Below, in pieces: positions 38,763 to 48,297 of a stretch of DNA of 64,000 nucleotides. Both the position numbers and the translations under genes were made by a program. Numbering within the stretch: position 1 is the first letter of the stretch; every line of letters begins with the position of its first letter. The notes beneath the pieces are model-generated. The model was not told the origin of the DNA, made no database searches, and worked only from the letters and a program-made list of their open reading frames with translations. Origin of the DNA: a virus; the IMG/VR virus record IMGVR_UViG_3300047382_000480, positions 74,661 to 138,660 of that record. The stretch is one strand, 5' to 3'.

Positions 38763-39671
38763 TTAATCGTCTTCAGCCAACTTAGCGAAGTATGATAGTG
38801 TATCATCTTCATCATCGTCATTAGACGCAACTGATACCTCTGGTTTTGAATCAACAAAAATTTGATCTTCGACATCACCAGTTTGTTCGGCAACTTTCTC
38901 AGCTGTGGTTACTTTAGCACCACCAGTAAGAACCATTTCTAGTTTTTGCTTCAACTCATCATAAGACTTGAAGTTCTTTGGATCAACAATTTCAGCTAGA
39001 GAAATTTGTTTCGCCCAAATGGCTTCTATTTCTGAATCTTCGGAAGCGATAGGAGTTGGGGTAGTTTCAAACTCAGACTTGTCATAGTTACGATAACCAT
39101 CAACTTGACGAGCCTTCAGTTTAAAGTTTACACCTTCCCAAAAATCAAAAGGATTAACTGGTGTTTCGTCTTCGAACTGTGGTTGCATAACGTCTTTGAT
39201 TTTGTCAAAGATTTTCTTACCAAATTTGTAAAGCATAACCTGCCCCTCGTTTTGAGGATTAGCAGGATCCTTCACAACAAGAACATTAGCATAATAAGCA
39301 AGTCGACGTTTTTGTTTTCGGGCAAGATCTTTATTCGCCTCAACACCACTATTCCAAAGTTCGCTGTTCAATTCAGAAACAGGGTCTTGTTGGTTTAGAG
39401 TAGTGAGGGAGTTTTCAATATACCACTTACCAGTTGGACCTTGGAACCCATGATTAAACATACGAACCCATGGAAGTTCCTCGCCTTGAGGGGAAGGCAA
39501 AAAACGAAGAACAGCATAACCATTACCAGCGGAATCTACTGAGAGTTTCCACTCATTGCTGTCATCTTTTTTATAGTTGGTTTGTGGTGCATCAATTTTT
39601 TCGACTTCTTTCATTAGATTATCGAAAGAGCCTCTTGCTTTACGCAAGTCAGATAGGGAATTAAACGACAT
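38763..39671 (-). CDS. gp32: Single-stranded DNA-binding protein gp32
   Basis: GNGYAVLRFLP, HGFQGPTGKWYIENSLTTL, FGKKIFDKI, NPFDFWEG, YRNYDKSEF, acidic tail LSYFAKLAEDD. Confidence 0.97.
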   Translation of the reverse strand: MSFNSLSDLRKARGSFDNLMKEVEKIDAPQTNYKKDDSNEWKLSVDSAGNGYAVLRFLPSPQGEELPWVRMFNHGFQGPTGKWYIENSLTTLNQQDPVSELNSELWNSGVEANKDLARKQKRRLAYYANVLVVKDPANPQNEGQVMLYKFGKKIFDKIKDVMQPQFEDETPVNPFDFWEGVNFKLKARQVDGYRNYDKSEFETTPTPIASEDSEIEAIWAKQISLAEIVDPKNFKSYDELKQKLEMVLTGGAKVTTAEKVAEQTGDVEDQIFVDSKPEVSVASNDDDEDDTLSYFAKLAEDD

Positions 39672-39730
39672 ATTTTTTCTCCGTATAAGCGTTGTATTTA
39701 CGATGTATTTTTTGTCCTTTATCAGCGGAC

Positions 39731-40306
39731 TTAGTATTTATAAAGATTCTCACCTAGATACCTAGTCTTTTCTGTTAATTTGACAAATGGTCGATATTTT
39801 TTTATAAGCAAATTAATGCTCTCTAAAAATATATCATCACTATTATCGCTTATTTCAAACAATTTGTCAAGCAAAACTAATGTCTCAATCGTTATTTTTT
39901 TACCAAGATAAAGACGATAGACTAATGCGTGATGTCCTTGTTCAGCGATAAATGGGTTAGAAATAGATTCTTTTTCCATTTCTAATTTTATCAGTTCTAC
40001 GTCTTGCTCAAACTGATAATCTCTTCTCGCCTTGCGTGATTTCCATTCCTTATAGATCTCAGAGGAGCGAGTATCAAACATCCCACCCCACTTGTCTCCA
40101 GAAACAAAATTAGCCACTAGCAAGTCGATAATTTCTTTTTTCTTGTAGTCCCTTGCAAGTTTACGCATTGCAATAATATCTTTCCTCTTCAGGAATGCCT
40201 TCTCGCTTGCCTTTACTGCACCACGTGTTTTTGTGATGTCATACTTTTCAGTTGTAAAGTGTAGTTTGAGAGCAAGATATAATTTGTAAACCTCAAATGG
40301 GTCCAT
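39731..40306 (-). CDS. gp59: Helicase loader gp59
   Basis: FEVYKLYLALKLHFT.EKYD, VANF, ETLVLLD, KKYRPF. Confidence 0.93.
   Translation of the reverse strand: MDPFEVYKLYLALKLHFTTEKYDITKTRGAVKASEKAFLKRKDIIAMRKLARDYKKKEIIDLLVANFVSGDKWGGMFDTRSSEIYKEWKSRKARRDYQFEQDVELIKLEMEKESISNPFIAEQGHHALVYRLYLGKKITIETLVLLDKLFEISDNSDDIFLESINLLIKKYRPFVKLTEKTRYLGENLYKY
39735..39742 (-). promoter_or_regulatory. T4-type late promoter TATAAATA upstream of gp32
   Basis: Exact consensus at the 3' end of gp59. Confidence 0.65.
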
Positions 40307-40602
40307 TACAATGGCAACTTCCCTGACTTATCAAACTTCAAAAGATTCAATTCAGATGCCTCTACTTTAATTTTATCTTTCAATGATGCAGTCAATAATT
40401 TCTTGACAGATTCAATTTCTAAATTATTCTGTTCACAAAAATAAACAATGGTATCGATATACCCAGACGCAGTTCTAACTGCTTCTTTCTCTATGTGCTG
40501 AGAGAAATCAGAGGAACTCTTGAATTGTTTTGTGATCAAATATTGGTCTGTGACTTTCGAAGCATCCGTCGTCATATCGTTATCAACTACCACTTTTGGC
40601 AT
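40306..40602 (-). CDS. gp33: Late promoter transcription coactivator gp33
   Basis: FS..IE....YIDTIV.FCE.NNLEIE...KL...LKDKI..EA..LNLL...KLP; start reassigned to the ATG at 40602 with AGGGAG SD. Confidence 0.88.
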   Translation of the reverse strand: MPKVVVDNDMTTDASKVTDQYLITKQFKSSSDFSQHIEKEAVRTASGYIDTIVYFCEQNNLEIESVKKLLTASLKDKIKVEASELNLLKFDKSGKLPL

Positions 40603-41425
40603 CTTGAAATCTCCCTTTCCAATCTCTAATATATTCAATGACATCATGACTCCGTTTTATATATGGGGTTTCACAAATAGTGTGTTCAGCCTCACCCTTT
40701 CGGTCAAACTCGTAGACAGAAGGATGATCAAATGCCTCCGCTATCTGATTAATTGTATATGGGTTGTTTGAACCGAAATGCGCTTCTCTTATTTTCTTTC
40801 CAGACACAACAAGGTTCACAACCCCCTTCGCTACATCTTCAATATGGGTGAAATCTCTTGACTTATTCCCAGTACCGAATATCCGTAGACTCTCATTTTT
40901 AATAATTTGGTTTTTAAATGCTCTTATAACAGTGCTGTGTTCACCATAGTCCGCTTCTCTCGGACCATATACATTATAAAAGAACATGAGGTGAAAGTCA
41001 AGGGAATATTGAAGACTGTAAAAATTCAATGCTTCTTCGCACATAGCCTTCCCAAACGTATATGCATTAGAATATGGATCAGTAAATTCTACGCTAGATG
41101 ATTGAGCAAAATACAAGGGGCATTTAAACCTTGTAGCCCACTCACAAACAGCAACTGTTGGGTTGATATTGTTTAGTATGGATTCTGCTGGGTGATCAAA
41201 GGATGCCCTTACTCTTGGAGTATTCGCAAGATGTATTATCCCGTCACACGGAGGTGGGGTGACATTACAAACATCATCAAAAATATAAGATACATTAGGA
41301 GAATCAGAAACATATGTTCCATTTCTTTTGTCGTCTACTACTGTCACTGAGCAATCTTGTTCAGCTAGTAAATCAACGACATGACTTCCTATAAACCCGC
41401 AACCGCCAGTTACAACGATATGCAT
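40583..41425 (-). CDS. NAD-dependent epimerase/dehydratase
   Basis: VTGGCGFIG, SSS, YTFGK (YxxxK), NVYGP, RDFTHI. Confidence 0.92.
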   Translation of the reverse strand: MHIVVTGGCGFIGSHVVDLLAEQDCSVTVVDDKRNGTYVSDSPNVSYIFDDVCNVTPPPCDGIIHLANTPRVRASFDHPAESILNNINPTVAVCEWATRFKCPLYFAQSSSVEFTDPYSNAYTFGKAMCEEALNFYSLQYSLDFHLMFFYNVYGPREADYGEHSTVIRAFKNQIIKNESLRIFGTGNKSRDFTHIEDVAKGVVNLVVSGKKIREAHFGSNNPYTINQIAEAFDHPSVYEFDRKGEAEHTICETPYIKRSHDVIEYIRDWKGRFQDAKSGS

Positions 41426-41426
41426 T

Positions 41427-41852
41427 CTATACTTCTTCTACTGAGAGTTGACCTTCGAAAACAACCATTGATTCGTCACAATAGTATCCATTTTCTTCTA
41501 GATAACTTACACCATCTAAATCAACACCTTCCCAGACTTCATCTATAGTTCCATCTAATTCTTCATCTTCAGTCCAGCCGATATAGTCAACATCCTCCAC
41601 ATAACCATCGAAAGATGCTGCAAACTCAGTATCGCTGTAATCATAAGGTCTGAATGAATCATTTTCTCCATTAGCTAATGCAGTTTGCAATAAGTTTACT
41701 TCGTCGTCAGTCCTTGGAGTAATGTTAATTGTACCTCTTTTCCAGATGGTTGTTAACACAACTTTTTTGGAGTCACAAACCCAATCTTCAACCTCTTTAA
41801 ATCCATACTTGGGTGGATTAACTGCATATGTTTTATCTTTTTGAATCTTCAT
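41427..41852 (-). CDS. Acidic hypothetical protein (paralog of 59064-59522)
   Basis: WKRGTINITPRTDDEV versus WRSGSVIITPQNEDEV. Confidence 0.75.
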   Translation of the reverse strand: MKIQKDKTYAVNPPKYGFKEVEDWVCDSKKVVLTTIWKRGTINITPRTDDEVNLLQTALANGENDSFRPYDYSDTEFAASFDGYVEDVDYIGWTEDEELDGTIDEVWEGVDLDGVSYLEENGYYCDESMVVFEGQLSVEEV

Positions 41853-41885
41853 TTGAATCCCACATTTATATCTGCATAGTGAATT

Positions 41886-41923
41886 TATTTATACATTATA
41901 CCATAAAGTCTGTGATTAGTCAA
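41886..41923 (-). promoter_or_regulatory. Tandem sigma70 promoter (TTGACT-N17-TATAAT) and late promoter TATAAATA
   Basis: -35 at 41918-41923, -10 at 41895-41900, late box at 41886-41893. Confidence 0.8.
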
Positions 41924-41934
41924 GTAAAATTTTA

Positions 41935-42594
41935 CTAGACATTCTCGCTCTCCCAGATATCTCTTGCATTGAGTAACAACTCCACATAGTTATCTCGTTT
42001 CTCAACAAATATTTGTGGGTCATCTCCCTCGACAGCAACCATAATAACACTCTGGTCTATGGGAATACCAGTTCTTTCTTCGTACATAATTGCATATGCT
42101 GCAGCTTGAGCAAAGTAATTACTAATCCATTCCTTCTTTTTTGGTTTTGCTGAGGTTTTAAAATCAATAATTGACAACTTACCTTCATATTCAGCAATGC
42201 AATCAACACGACCTGCTAGTCTTAAATGATCGCTATACAACGCTATCTCTTGTCCATGAATATTGTCTATACGATCTAACAGTGGTCTGAAATTATTAAA
42301 CATCTCCTTATCAAGCAAGGACATATTTGACATATCAATTTGTTTGTTATTGAGTATATCTTCACACAATAAATGTATTTTTGTCCCACGAGTTGATGCT
42401 TGACGGCTCACACGATTAGCTGTTTCCTCACCAACTCTATCTCTCCATTTCTTTATGGAGTCTCTAGATAGGACACTTAAGACAGTTGTAACAGATGGAT
42501 ATGCCGCACCAGAGTCAGTATGATAACGTCTACTTCCATCTGGTGCGGTTTTATCTTTTGCGAAATCAGCGATTTCTTTTAAGTGATTGAACAT
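41935..42594 (-). CDS. PD-(D/E)XK exonuclease
   Basis: YPSVTTVLS, W..RVGEE.A, RGT..H, AGRVDCIAEY.G.LSIIDFKTS; typical phoH neighbour. Confidence 0.9.
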   Translation of the reverse strand: MFNHLKEIADFAKDKTAPDGSRRYHTDSGAAYPSVTTVLSVLSRDSIKKWRDRVGEETANRVSRQASTRGTKIHLLCEDILNNKQIDMSNMSLLDKEMFNNFRPLLDRIDNIHGQEIALYSDHLRLAGRVDCIAEYEGKLSIIDFKTSAKPKKKEWISNYFAQAAAYAIMYEERTGIPIDQSVIMVAVEGDDPQIFVEKRDNYVELLLNARDIWESENV

Positions 42595-42891
42595 TTAAGA
42601 TTTCTTTCTAGGCTTGAAACCTAACATTTTCATCGCTTCAAGTGGAGTAAACTCCTCAGCCAGTTTCAAGTAAATTTCAACATGGGCATTTTTGACGAGA
42701 TAATTTACCCAAGACTTCCAAGGTTTTGAACCATACTTGAATCGTGCGATAAAAGCAGGTTTCATTTTACCTACCCAAGATGGGTGACAGGTAGGATTAA
42801 CTTCGTCCATAGTCTGTGAACCCTCATATGGACCATTATACATAAGGAATGACCCATCCCACTGAAACAACTCTTTATCAAATCTAGTCAT
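42595..42891 (-). CDS. Hypothetical early protein
   Basis: 98 aa behind a sigma70 promoter cassette. Confidence 0.75.
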   Translation of the reverse strand: MTRFDKELFQWDGSFLMYNGPYEGSQTMDEVNPTCHPSWVGKMKPAFIARFKYGSKPWKSWVNYLVKNAHVEIYLKLAEEFTPLEAMKMLGFKPRKKS

Positions 42892-42923
42892 AATCTCACT
42901 CTCTCATCTCAATTTATACAACT

Positions 42924-42952
42924 ATTATACTACAAAGAGTTTTAAAAGTCAA
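42924..42952 (-). promoter_or_regulatory. Sigma70 early promoter
   Basis: TTGACT-N17-TATAAT with an upstream A-tract. Confidence 0.88.
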
Positions 42953-42978
42953 CACTTTTTTTTATTTTTTTCAAGTAT

Positions 42979-43734
42979 TTAAACTGAATATTGCTCCTCA
43001 TATTGCTCTCTGGCAATGATATATTCTTTAACAATGTCGCTTCTCACTATATCCTCAGGTGTAAACTCGAATATATTAAACGATGGCATAAGATCTGCTA
43101 TAACCATAAATTTCTTTAGACCTGACATATCATTTCTCTTTGAATAAAGATCTGACTGTTTGAAGTCTCCTGCAAAGATTACTTTACTTCTCTGACCAAT
43201 ACGTGTCATTATGGAATTCAGTTCCATATCATTCATATTCTGACACTCATCAACAATAATAATCGCATCGTCTAGTGTAATGCCTCGAACAAATGATGTT
43301 ATCATCCAGTCTATCTTTTTTGATTCTTGTAGACGCTCAAATACCTGATGTTTGTCTGGAAATAATTCCTCGCACATATCAATATATGGGCGCATATAGA
43401 CTTCTGTTTTCTCTATTTCGTTTCCAGGAAGGTGACCAATATCTCGAGATGCAACAGCAGAACGACATACAACAACCTTATTAAAAGGATTGCCTTTGTC
43501 GAGGACTTCTTCTAATGCTTTGTAAAGTGCGATAAAGGTTTTACCTGTACCAGCGGAGCCGTGGAGGAGCATACAGGTTGAGGATCGGTAAGCCTCATAA
43601 AAAGATTTTTGAGTCGGGGTGAGCGGGTCGAATACTTGTAGATCGTCAATTTTTGGTTGGAGCCTATTGTTTCCTTTTTTGAAAGTTGATTTGTCGTCTT
43701 GGATGAGTTGCAGGCTTGCTTGTTTTTTCGACAT
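42979..43734 (-). CDS. phoH: PhoH-family ATPase
   Basis: GSAGTGKT, IGHLPG, TSFVRGITL, IIVDECQN, TRIG, GDFKQSD, DIVRS. Confidence 0.96.
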   Translation of the reverse strand: MSKKQASLQLIQDDKSTFKKGNNRLQPKIDDLQVFDPLTPTQKSFYEAYRSSTCMLLHGSAGTGKTFIALYKALEEVLDKGNPFNKVVVCRSAVASRDIGHLPGNEIEKTEVYMRPYIDMCEELFPDKHQVFERLQESKKIDWMITSFVRGITLDDAIIIVDECQNMNDMELNSIMTRIGQRSKVIFAGDFKQSDLYSKRNDMSGLKKFMVIADLMPSFNIFEFTPEDIVRSDIVKEYIIAREQYEEQYSV

Positions 43735-43763
43735 TTATAGACCTTGTGTGTTGGTTGAGTTTT

Positions 43764-44066
43764 TTACGAAATTGCCCCCTTTCGCGAGGGAGTCACATCG
43801 GTCACGTTACTCATTATGCGGGAAATTATTGCCTTTGCGTCGCGAGATAGCAAAAAGCTAGATTGAGCCGATCGCATACAGTCTATTGTGTAATATGGAT
43901 CAGCACTTCGTATATCGTTTTTTGTGAAAAGATCTGTTCGGGAACCGAATATATTAATGCAGAGGAGAACCATTTCTATTTCCTCTTCAGTGTAAAGTTT
44001 AATGGCGACTCCTAGAGGTGTCGTCCTCTGAAACTTCTTTGGGAATTTTACTATTTTTGCTTTCAT
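43764..44066 (-). CDS. Hypothetical protein
   Basis: 100-aa ORF co-oriented between the carbamoyltransferase and phoH. Confidence 0.65.
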   Translation of the reverse strand: MKAKIVKFPKKFQRTTPLGVAIKLYTEEEIEMVLLCINIFGSRTDLFTKNDIRSADPYYTIDCMRSAQSSFLLSRDAKAIISRIMSNVTDVTPSRKGAIS

Positions 44067-44077
44067 TATTTTATTTA

Positions 44078-45514
44078 TTATGAAACTACTTTTACGCCAT
44101 ACTTTTTTTCAAATAAATTAGCATCTTCGCGACTATTAACCATCGGTTCGCCTTTAATATTTAATGACGTATTTAACAACATAGGAATTCCAGTTTCCTT
44201 CTTCCATTTCTTTAGTAATCTCCAAAGACCTTCGTGTTGTTCTTTGGTCACAGTCTGTACTCTACTCGTTCCATCTTTATGTACAATTGCTGGATACTTT
44301 TCGGGATCCCTTGCTTTAACTATATATTGCATATATGGGCTCTCAAACCCCTCGTCAACATAGAAATGTTTGTGGACATCTTCTTGTAATATAACAGGAG
44401 CAAATGGTCTAAACTCTTGCCGTTTCTTAATCTTATTCACCAAATCTTTCATTTCTAATCCAGTGGGATTGGCAAACAGACTTCTATTACCCAATGCTCT
44501 TGGACCAAACTCAGCACGACCACTAGCAACACCAACAATGTTATTATCTATCAACTCTTTGAAGAGTTTATTTACAGGGTAATCACCTTTTATCTCTTCA
44601 CCGAGATATGGAGACTTCCAGTGTAACATTTCCATTTCATTACCTGCAACTGCTCCAATAGAACTACCAGCATCTCCTGGATTTGGCATAACCCAAACAT
44701 TATCAAAGAATTCATGAGCGTGTCTATTTGCTAAACAATTTAACGCACACCCGCCCATCAAAACAAGATTCGCGGATTTAGTTAGATGTTTAGCAAGTTT
44801 TAGAAGTTTAATAAATTCTTCTTCGTAAACTTTTTGTGCGGATGCAGCTAAATCAAAATGATCAGCATCGGGTAAAAGGTTTGAGCAACCTCTATGAAAA
44901 TTAAACTTTGCTTCTAACATTTCTCTCATTTGGTCAGCATATTTTGGATCACCATATGCTGACATTCCCATGAGAATGTATTCGTCTTCGTTTGGTTTTA
45001 AATTTACACGACCTGTTATTGCAGAATAAAATAATCCAAGGGATTGAGGGTAAACTTTGGTGAACAGTTTTTTACTGCTGATGTTTCCGCTTTTGTCGCA
45101 AGAATATGCTGATATGGAAGTTGTATCAAACTCCCCTATGGCATCAATTACAAGAACAGCAGCATCTTTAAAATTAGAAGTAGCAAACCCAGCAGATGCG
45201 TGAGACCTGTGATGATTCCCATATTTAACTTTTGCGTCTATCCCATACCCCTTGAGATATGTACGAGGGTTCATCCATTTATTGGGTTGCCCAGCATATA
45301 ACTTCCGGAGAGCCTTTTTGTAAGGATCTTCATACCAGTGGATAATATCTGGATTCCCAAACTTCAACGCTTCTTCTATCAATTGTGTGTTTAGGTGTGC
45401 ATCGTTTTTCTTTCTACTATATCTCTCAGTATGACTCGCAAAAAGAATTTCATTATCTTTAACTACTGCAAGAGACCCATCATGAGTCCCTGCTGCAACA
45501 CCCCACTTAATCAT
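44078..45514 (-). CDS. Carbamoyltransferase (NodU/CmcH family)
   Basis: HDGS, ERYSRKKND, HHRSHA, GGCALNC, PGDAG, EFGPRALGNRS, RPFAP, LLNTSLN. Confidence 0.96.
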   Translation of the reverse strand: MIKWGVAAGTHDGSLAVVKDNEILFASHTERYSRKKNDAHLNTQLIEEALKFGNPDIIHWYEDPYKKALRKLYAGQPNKWMNPRTYLKGYGIDAKVKYGNHHRSHASAGFATSNFKDAAVLVIDAIGEFDTTSISAYSCDKSGNISSKKLFTKVYPQSLGLFYSAITGRVNLKPNEDEYILMGMSAYGDPKYADQMREMLEAKFNFHRGCSNLLPDADHFDLAASAQKVYEEEFIKLLKLAKHLTKSANLVLMGGCALNCLANRHAHEFFDNVWVMPNPGDAGSSIGAVAGNEMEMLHWKSPYLGEEIKGDYPVNKLFKELIDNNIVGVASGRAEFGPRALGNRSLFANPTGLEMKDLVNKIKKRQEFRPFAPVILQEDVHKHFYVDEGFESPYMQYIVKARDPEKYPAIVHKDGTSRVQTVTKEQHEGLWRLLKKWKKETGIPMLLNTSLNIKGEPMVNSREDANLFEKKYGVKVVS

Positions 45515-45611
45515 AGATAAACGGATCCTTGTCCCGAAGTTCCTTCAGGCGTTTTTTAAATGCACGTTTCGCTTTCCACTTATAATATATGTTTTTAACC
45601 CATCCAACCAT
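45507..45611 (-). CDS. 34-aa peptide ending DPFIYD, coupled to the carbamoyltransferase
   Basis: MVGWVKNIYYKWKAKRAFKKRLKELRDKDPFIYD*; fills the gap and overlaps both neighbours. Confidence 0.7.
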   Translation of the reverse strand: MVGWVKNIYYKWKAKRAFKKRLKELRDKDPFIYD

Positions 45612-46326
45612 TTTTCTCAAAATCCTCTTTTATTGTGTTCGACCACAGCTTATAAACATCCCCATTGGGGTGCAATCTATCCCTCGCCTTGTCTCCTTCG
45701 TTAGGCGACCACGCAAGATTTCTTTCCGTGCCAGCTATTTGTATAGGAGTATAATCAAGGTATCTCGTTATATTTAGCTGGTTCATGGTGTTAATAATCT
45801 GGTCATTGTGAAACATAAAATTATCATTTCTGATCCAAAAATTTGTATATGCCTGATTCTGATCCCATGACCCTTCGTGAACAATCCCTGTGTTTCCAGT
45901 TTGAGGGTGGCAAAATTTCACATATCTATCTGGAGTGCTCCATTGAACCACGACCGCATATGGGGTTACGTGTTTCAGGAGATTTGCTGCGTTGTATAAC
46001 ATAAACATATTTGATGACCCAGCAACACCAAGATTAATTACTGGTCTTCCGATTGCCTTTTGTAGCTGAGAGGATACTGTACATTCCTTTGGTACTCCTA
46101 CGCCCATTGTGCAAGAATCCCCAATAATAACAACAGCGTTTTTCCAGTCTATTGTATCCCATTCATCAGTTCTATACCCATCGGAATTAAGGTCATATGT
46201 TATATGGACATCACGCCATTTCTCTTTCCATTTTCTACTTGATTTTTCCCAAGTCTCTGGATTATCAGTCGCCATCCATTCAGGGCTATTATTATCATAA
46301 GTTAGATTATTTCCCCTGAGTAACAT
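45595..46326 (-). CDS. SGNH/GDSL hydrolase-like protein
   Basis: GDSCTMGVG, INLGVAGSSN, DRLHP. Confidence 0.8.
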   Translation of the reverse strand: MLLRGNNLTYDNNSPEWMATDNPETWEKSSRKWKEKWRDVHITYDLNSDGYRTDEWDTIDWKNAVVIIGDSCTMGVGVPKECTVSSQLQKAIGRPVINLGVAGSSNMFMLYNAANLLKHVTPYAVVVQWSTPDRYVKFCHPQTGNTGIVHEGSWDQNQAYTNFWIRNDNFMFHNDQIINTMNQLNITRYLDYTPIQIAGTERNLAWSPNEGDKARDRLHPNGDVYKLWSNTIKEDFEKNGWMG

Positions 46327-47146
46327 ATCCCCTCCGCATAATCTCGTCCTCCAATAAACTAGAAATATGAATATGCCCTTGATTAGAAGGATGACCGCAA
46401 GGTGTGATCAATCCCTCTGCAAATCCAGGAATTTTATATCTGTTAAAATATTCATTAGAATAAATTGGTTGTAATTCATCTTCGGATAAAGATGGTTCTT
46501 GTTCTCTAACCAGATATTCCATTAGTGTTCTATTTCCCTTTGGTTTAACCATCAAGTCCCAATCAACAATATCCGCAAGATACTTTTTTGACTCTGGGAT
46601 AATCATAGATCTAAACTCTTCTCTTCCAATCCTCAAGTCGAACGCAGAAACAAGAAGCAGTTTAGCATTATTTACTTTACACCAATTTTGTACCTCGGCA
46701 ATGTTTAATATGCAATCTACTGCCTCTTGTTGCCAACTATTCCCAAACTCAGCATATCCTTGCCAAAGTTTATTGCCACTAAGATCTGGAAATACTGGTT
46801 GGAAATGATGATCGACCAATTCTCCTTTAGGTTGTAAAAAATCAAATCTAGATAAACCAGACAAACAAAAAACAACAATTTTTTCTGACGTTGAATCTAG
46901 CTGGTTCATATAAAGTTCTTTCGCAGCAGACCGATTCCCTCTTCCTTTAGAACCAAAATTCAAAGGTATGTAACCAATTCTATCCGCAAGGTTTGTAACC
47001 CAACTATGATCGCTTTCTACTCGGTCAATCATCGCTATTGGTGCTCTTTTATATACTCCGTCTCCGTATCTCGCGTGAAACTTTCTGGGCACTGACCCCT
47101 GTCCACTAGTGAAACTACAACCAATTCCAATCAAATACTTACTCAT
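46307..47146 (-). CDS. SGNH/GDSL hydrolase-like protein
   Basis: GCSFTSGQG, NFGSKGRGN, GHPSNQGH. Confidence 0.75.
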   Translation of the reverse strand: MSKYLIGIGCSFTSGQGSVPRKFHARYGDGVYKRAPIAMIDRVESDHSWVTNLADRIGYIPLNFGSKGRGNRSAAKELYMNQLDSTSEKIVVFCLSGLSRFDFLQPKGELVDHHFQPVFPDLSGNKLWQGYAEFGNSWQQEAVDCILNIAEVQNWCKVNNAKLLLVSAFDLRIGREEFRSMIIPESKKYLADIVDWDLMVKPKGNRTLMEYLVREQEPSLSEDELQPIYSNEYFNRYKIPGFAEGLITPCGHPSNQGHIHISSLLEDEIMRRGYVTQGK

Positions 47147-48296
47147 AAAAATAATCCTTGCAATATTGTCGAAGTTCTATGTGTGCTACATCAGGTTTTG
47201 AAGAATTTTCTGTGAGTTGGTTGTAGTTATGTTCTAAAACAGGTCTCATAGATTCAAACCAAGAAACTTTATCCTCTATAGAATCAATGTACTTCAGAGT
47301 TTCTATAATAGCATCCATCCTTTTTGTGTCATCAAGTTTATCATAAGACTCGTCAAAATAATCAGAAAATGTTTTATAACCTCTACTCTTCATTATTTCT
47401 AACTCACCCTTTCCACCAAGAACTATAAATGGGTGGTAGCAAGCGATTGGTTTGAATACCTTTTCGCTTGTGAATGTAGTAAGTTCTTTATCGTAATATT
47501 GTGGTTCGCTGACCACACTTACAAATGTCTTAAGAGAATAGTCAGTGTGTATTCTATTCATATAGTGCATCCAATCTTGGTCGTGTTTTTCTCCCAAAAT
47601 ATAATGATCTCTAGCAGGGAAGCTACACAATCCCCTTTCTAATACACCAGAAACACTCATCTTATCGAAAAACTCATGTCGGTGATATCTCGCTCTTTTT
47701 TGTGGGCAATTAAATGCCCAAACTTGATTATTTTTCTTATACTCTATGTGCTCATCTACTGATTCAATATTGGTTTGCATCATGGAAAGGGTTTTAACAT
47801 GCTCCTCGAATAAAGCATATGGTAAGCATTTTATTCTGTTAAAAATAGATCTAGAGTTTGCCCATTCTTCATAATGTCTATCAACTAACATATTACCTGT
47901 CACATAAACAATTGCTTGTGGTGGAATGAGCAACCTTTCACACTCACTATGAAACCAAGAAAATAACCAAGATTCTTGATAACCTTCTAGAGAAAAATCA
48001 ATCAACAGAATGGCTGTTCCATCTCTAAGTTTTTCAAGATAAGAATCATTGATAAAATCAAACAAAGAAGTTCCTCCAAACTCCTCACCCTTTGCCCATT
48101 GTTCGATTGCCCCATTCACGCCCACTGGAATGATAACATTTTTGCTATCGTGCGTTTGCAACTCAGCTTGACCAACTGTTCTGCAAATAACATTAACCAT
48201 CGGGCTGACTTGAAACCTTTTTCTAGAATCTTCGAATTTATCTTCGCAACTCAGTAGGTTTTCTCGGGTTAGGAAATTTTCAAAAATAAAATTCAT
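47139..48296 (-). CDS. Glycosyltransferase-like protein (GT10-like C-terminal motif)
   Basis: VVSE...FTSEKVFKPI..YHPFIVLG, GYKTF...FDESYD, LEHNY. Confidence 0.55.
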   Translation of the reverse strand: MNFIFENFLTRENLLSCEDKFEDSRKRFQVSPMVNVICRTVGQAELQTHDSKNVIIPVGVNGAIEQWAKGEEFGGTSLFDFINDSYLEKLRDGTAILLIDFSLEGYQESWLFSWFHSECERLLIPPQAIVYVTGNMLVDRHYEEWANSRSIFNRIKCLPYALFEEHVKTLSMMQTNIESVDEHIEYKKNNQVWAFNCPQKRARYHRHEFFDKMSVSGVLERGLCSFPARDHYILGEKHDQDWMHYMNRIHTDYSLKTFVSVVSEPQYYDKELTTFTSEKVFKPIACYHPFIVLGGKGELEIMKSRGYKTFSDYFDESYDKLDDTKRMDAIIETLKYIDSIEDKVSWFESMRPVLEHNYNQLTENSSKPDVAHIELRQYCKDYFYE

Positions 48297-48297
48297 A

